Shown here: piece after piece, positions 33,051 to 33,902 of the stretch
Layout: the number at the start of each line of letters is the position of its first letter
Position numbering within the stretch: position 1 is the stretch's first letter
Virus record (IMG/VR): IMGVR_UViG_3300044667_000292
Coordinates: 1-33,902 of that record
Source of the DNA: a virus
Taxonomy: Duplodnaviria; Caudoviricetes
Length of the DNA: 33,902 nt
Reading direction: 5' to 3' (one strand)
Translations under genes and position numbers: made by a program
The notes under the pieces: model-generated
Seen by the model: the letters and a program-made list of their open reading frames with translations, nothing else
The model's database searches: none
What the model was told of the DNA's origin: nothing

Positions 33051-33902
33051 ATGTCGGTAAACAGCGGTAGCGGTGCGGGCCCTGAAGCGCGGGCGCTCGC
33101 CAAGGGCCTGCGGGACCTACGCGAGTCGCGCAAGCTGACTACCCGTGCCCTCGCTGACGCGTCCGGACAATCCTCCGCGAACGTCAGCCACTGGGAGTCC
33201 GGCAACCGCCTGCCGTCCGAGGAACGCCTCCAACGCGTCCTCGACGCACTCGATGCTCCCGAAGACGAACGCGAACGGCTGCTCGGCCTACGTCGCCGCT
33301 TGGCCGAAGGGCCCGGGCAACTCGTCGCCGGCGCACCGAGCATCGGCGCGCAACTGGTCCAGCTCATCGAGTACGAACAGGTTGCCACCCGACTCGTCGA
33401 CGTCGAACCGCTCGTGATCCCCGGCCTACTCCAGACCGCTGACTACGCCCGCGCCACGTTCGCAGGGCTGTCCGACGTGGACACCAGGGTCGCACTGCGC
33501 ATGGGACGACGCGACGTCATCACCCGTGTCCGGCAACCCGCCGAGCTGGTCGCCTACATCGACACCGAGGTCCTGGTCCGACCTGTCGGCACACCGGACG
33601 TGATGGTCGACCAGATGCGTCACCTGCTGGAGATGGGCCAGCGACCCAACGTGCAGATCCGGCTCGTCAGCTCAACCACACGCGGCTACACCCCGATGCA
33701 GGCGGGAGCGTTCTTGCTGATGGAATTCCCTGCCGCACCGCCGGTAGTGCACGTCGAGCAGTACTCGACAGCTGCGTGGGTGTGGGACGAGCAGAGCGTC
33801 CGCGGCTTCTACACCGCGGTCGAGAAGATCGACAAAATAGCGATGACCCCGGCCCGGTCTGCCGAGGTCATCGCAGAGTACGTCAACGGAATGGAGCCGT
33901 GA
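33051..33902 (+). CDS. Xre-family HTH regulator with DUF5753-like domain (Scr1/WhiJ-like)
   Basis: LRDLRESRKLT..VSHWESGNRLP; EPLVIPGLLQTADYARA; VMVDQMRHLLE..RPNVQI. Confidence 0.92.
   Translation: MSVNSGSGAGPEARALAKGLRDLRESRKLTTRALADASGQSSANVSHWESGNRLPSEERLQRVLDALDAPEDERERLLGLRRRLAEGPGQLVAGAPSIGAQLVQLIEYEQVATRLVDVEPLVIPGLLQTADYARATFAGLSDVDTRVALRMGRRDVITRVRQPAELVAYIDTEVLVRPVGTPDVMVDQMRHLLEMGQRPNVQIRLVSSTTRGYTPMQAGAFLLMEFPAAPPVVHVEQYSTAAWVWDEQSVRGFYTAVEKIDKIAMTPARSAEVIAEYVNGMEP

Larger units (their letters stand above)
1..33902. mobile_element. Actinobacterial prophage/temperate siphovirus segment (packaging, head, tail, lysis, regulator); ends not visible
   Basis: Canonical terminase-portal-protease-capsid-connector-tail tube-chaperone-tape measure-tail tip-lysis order; high GC; overlapping ATGA/GTGA gene junctions. 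Confidence 0.95.

Overview
High-GC actinobacterial temperate siphovirus-type prophage (or phage genome segment), almost fully coding. 1-6727 is a translationally coupled run of small early/accessory genes. It includes an ASCH protein, a His-Me/HNH-like lipoprotein and a reverse-strand autoregulated HTH gene bounded by direct repeats. 6733-6840 is a tRNA-shaped RNA that lacks an anticodon arm. 6845-7075 is a Xis/BldC-like wHTH gene next to 10-bp-phased repeats and a candidate late promoter. 7215-27093 is the virion module: TerS/TerL, portal, ClpP-type protease, major capsid, decorated head-tail connectors, two paralogous tail-tube-like genes, a frameshifting tail chaperone, a tape measure with a transglycosylase domain, and tail-tip proteins. 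27198-30536 is a lysis region with a collagen membrane protein, a papain-like peptidase, a GH25-like lysin and a holin. 30540-33902 holds a moron-like gene with a structured leader, a leftward operon of small genes containing tandem structured non-coding repeats, and a divergent Xre+DUF5753 regulator with an operator-bearing switch. No integrase, att site, replication genes or CRISPR array are visible. Product calls come from motif recognition and synteny, not database searches.
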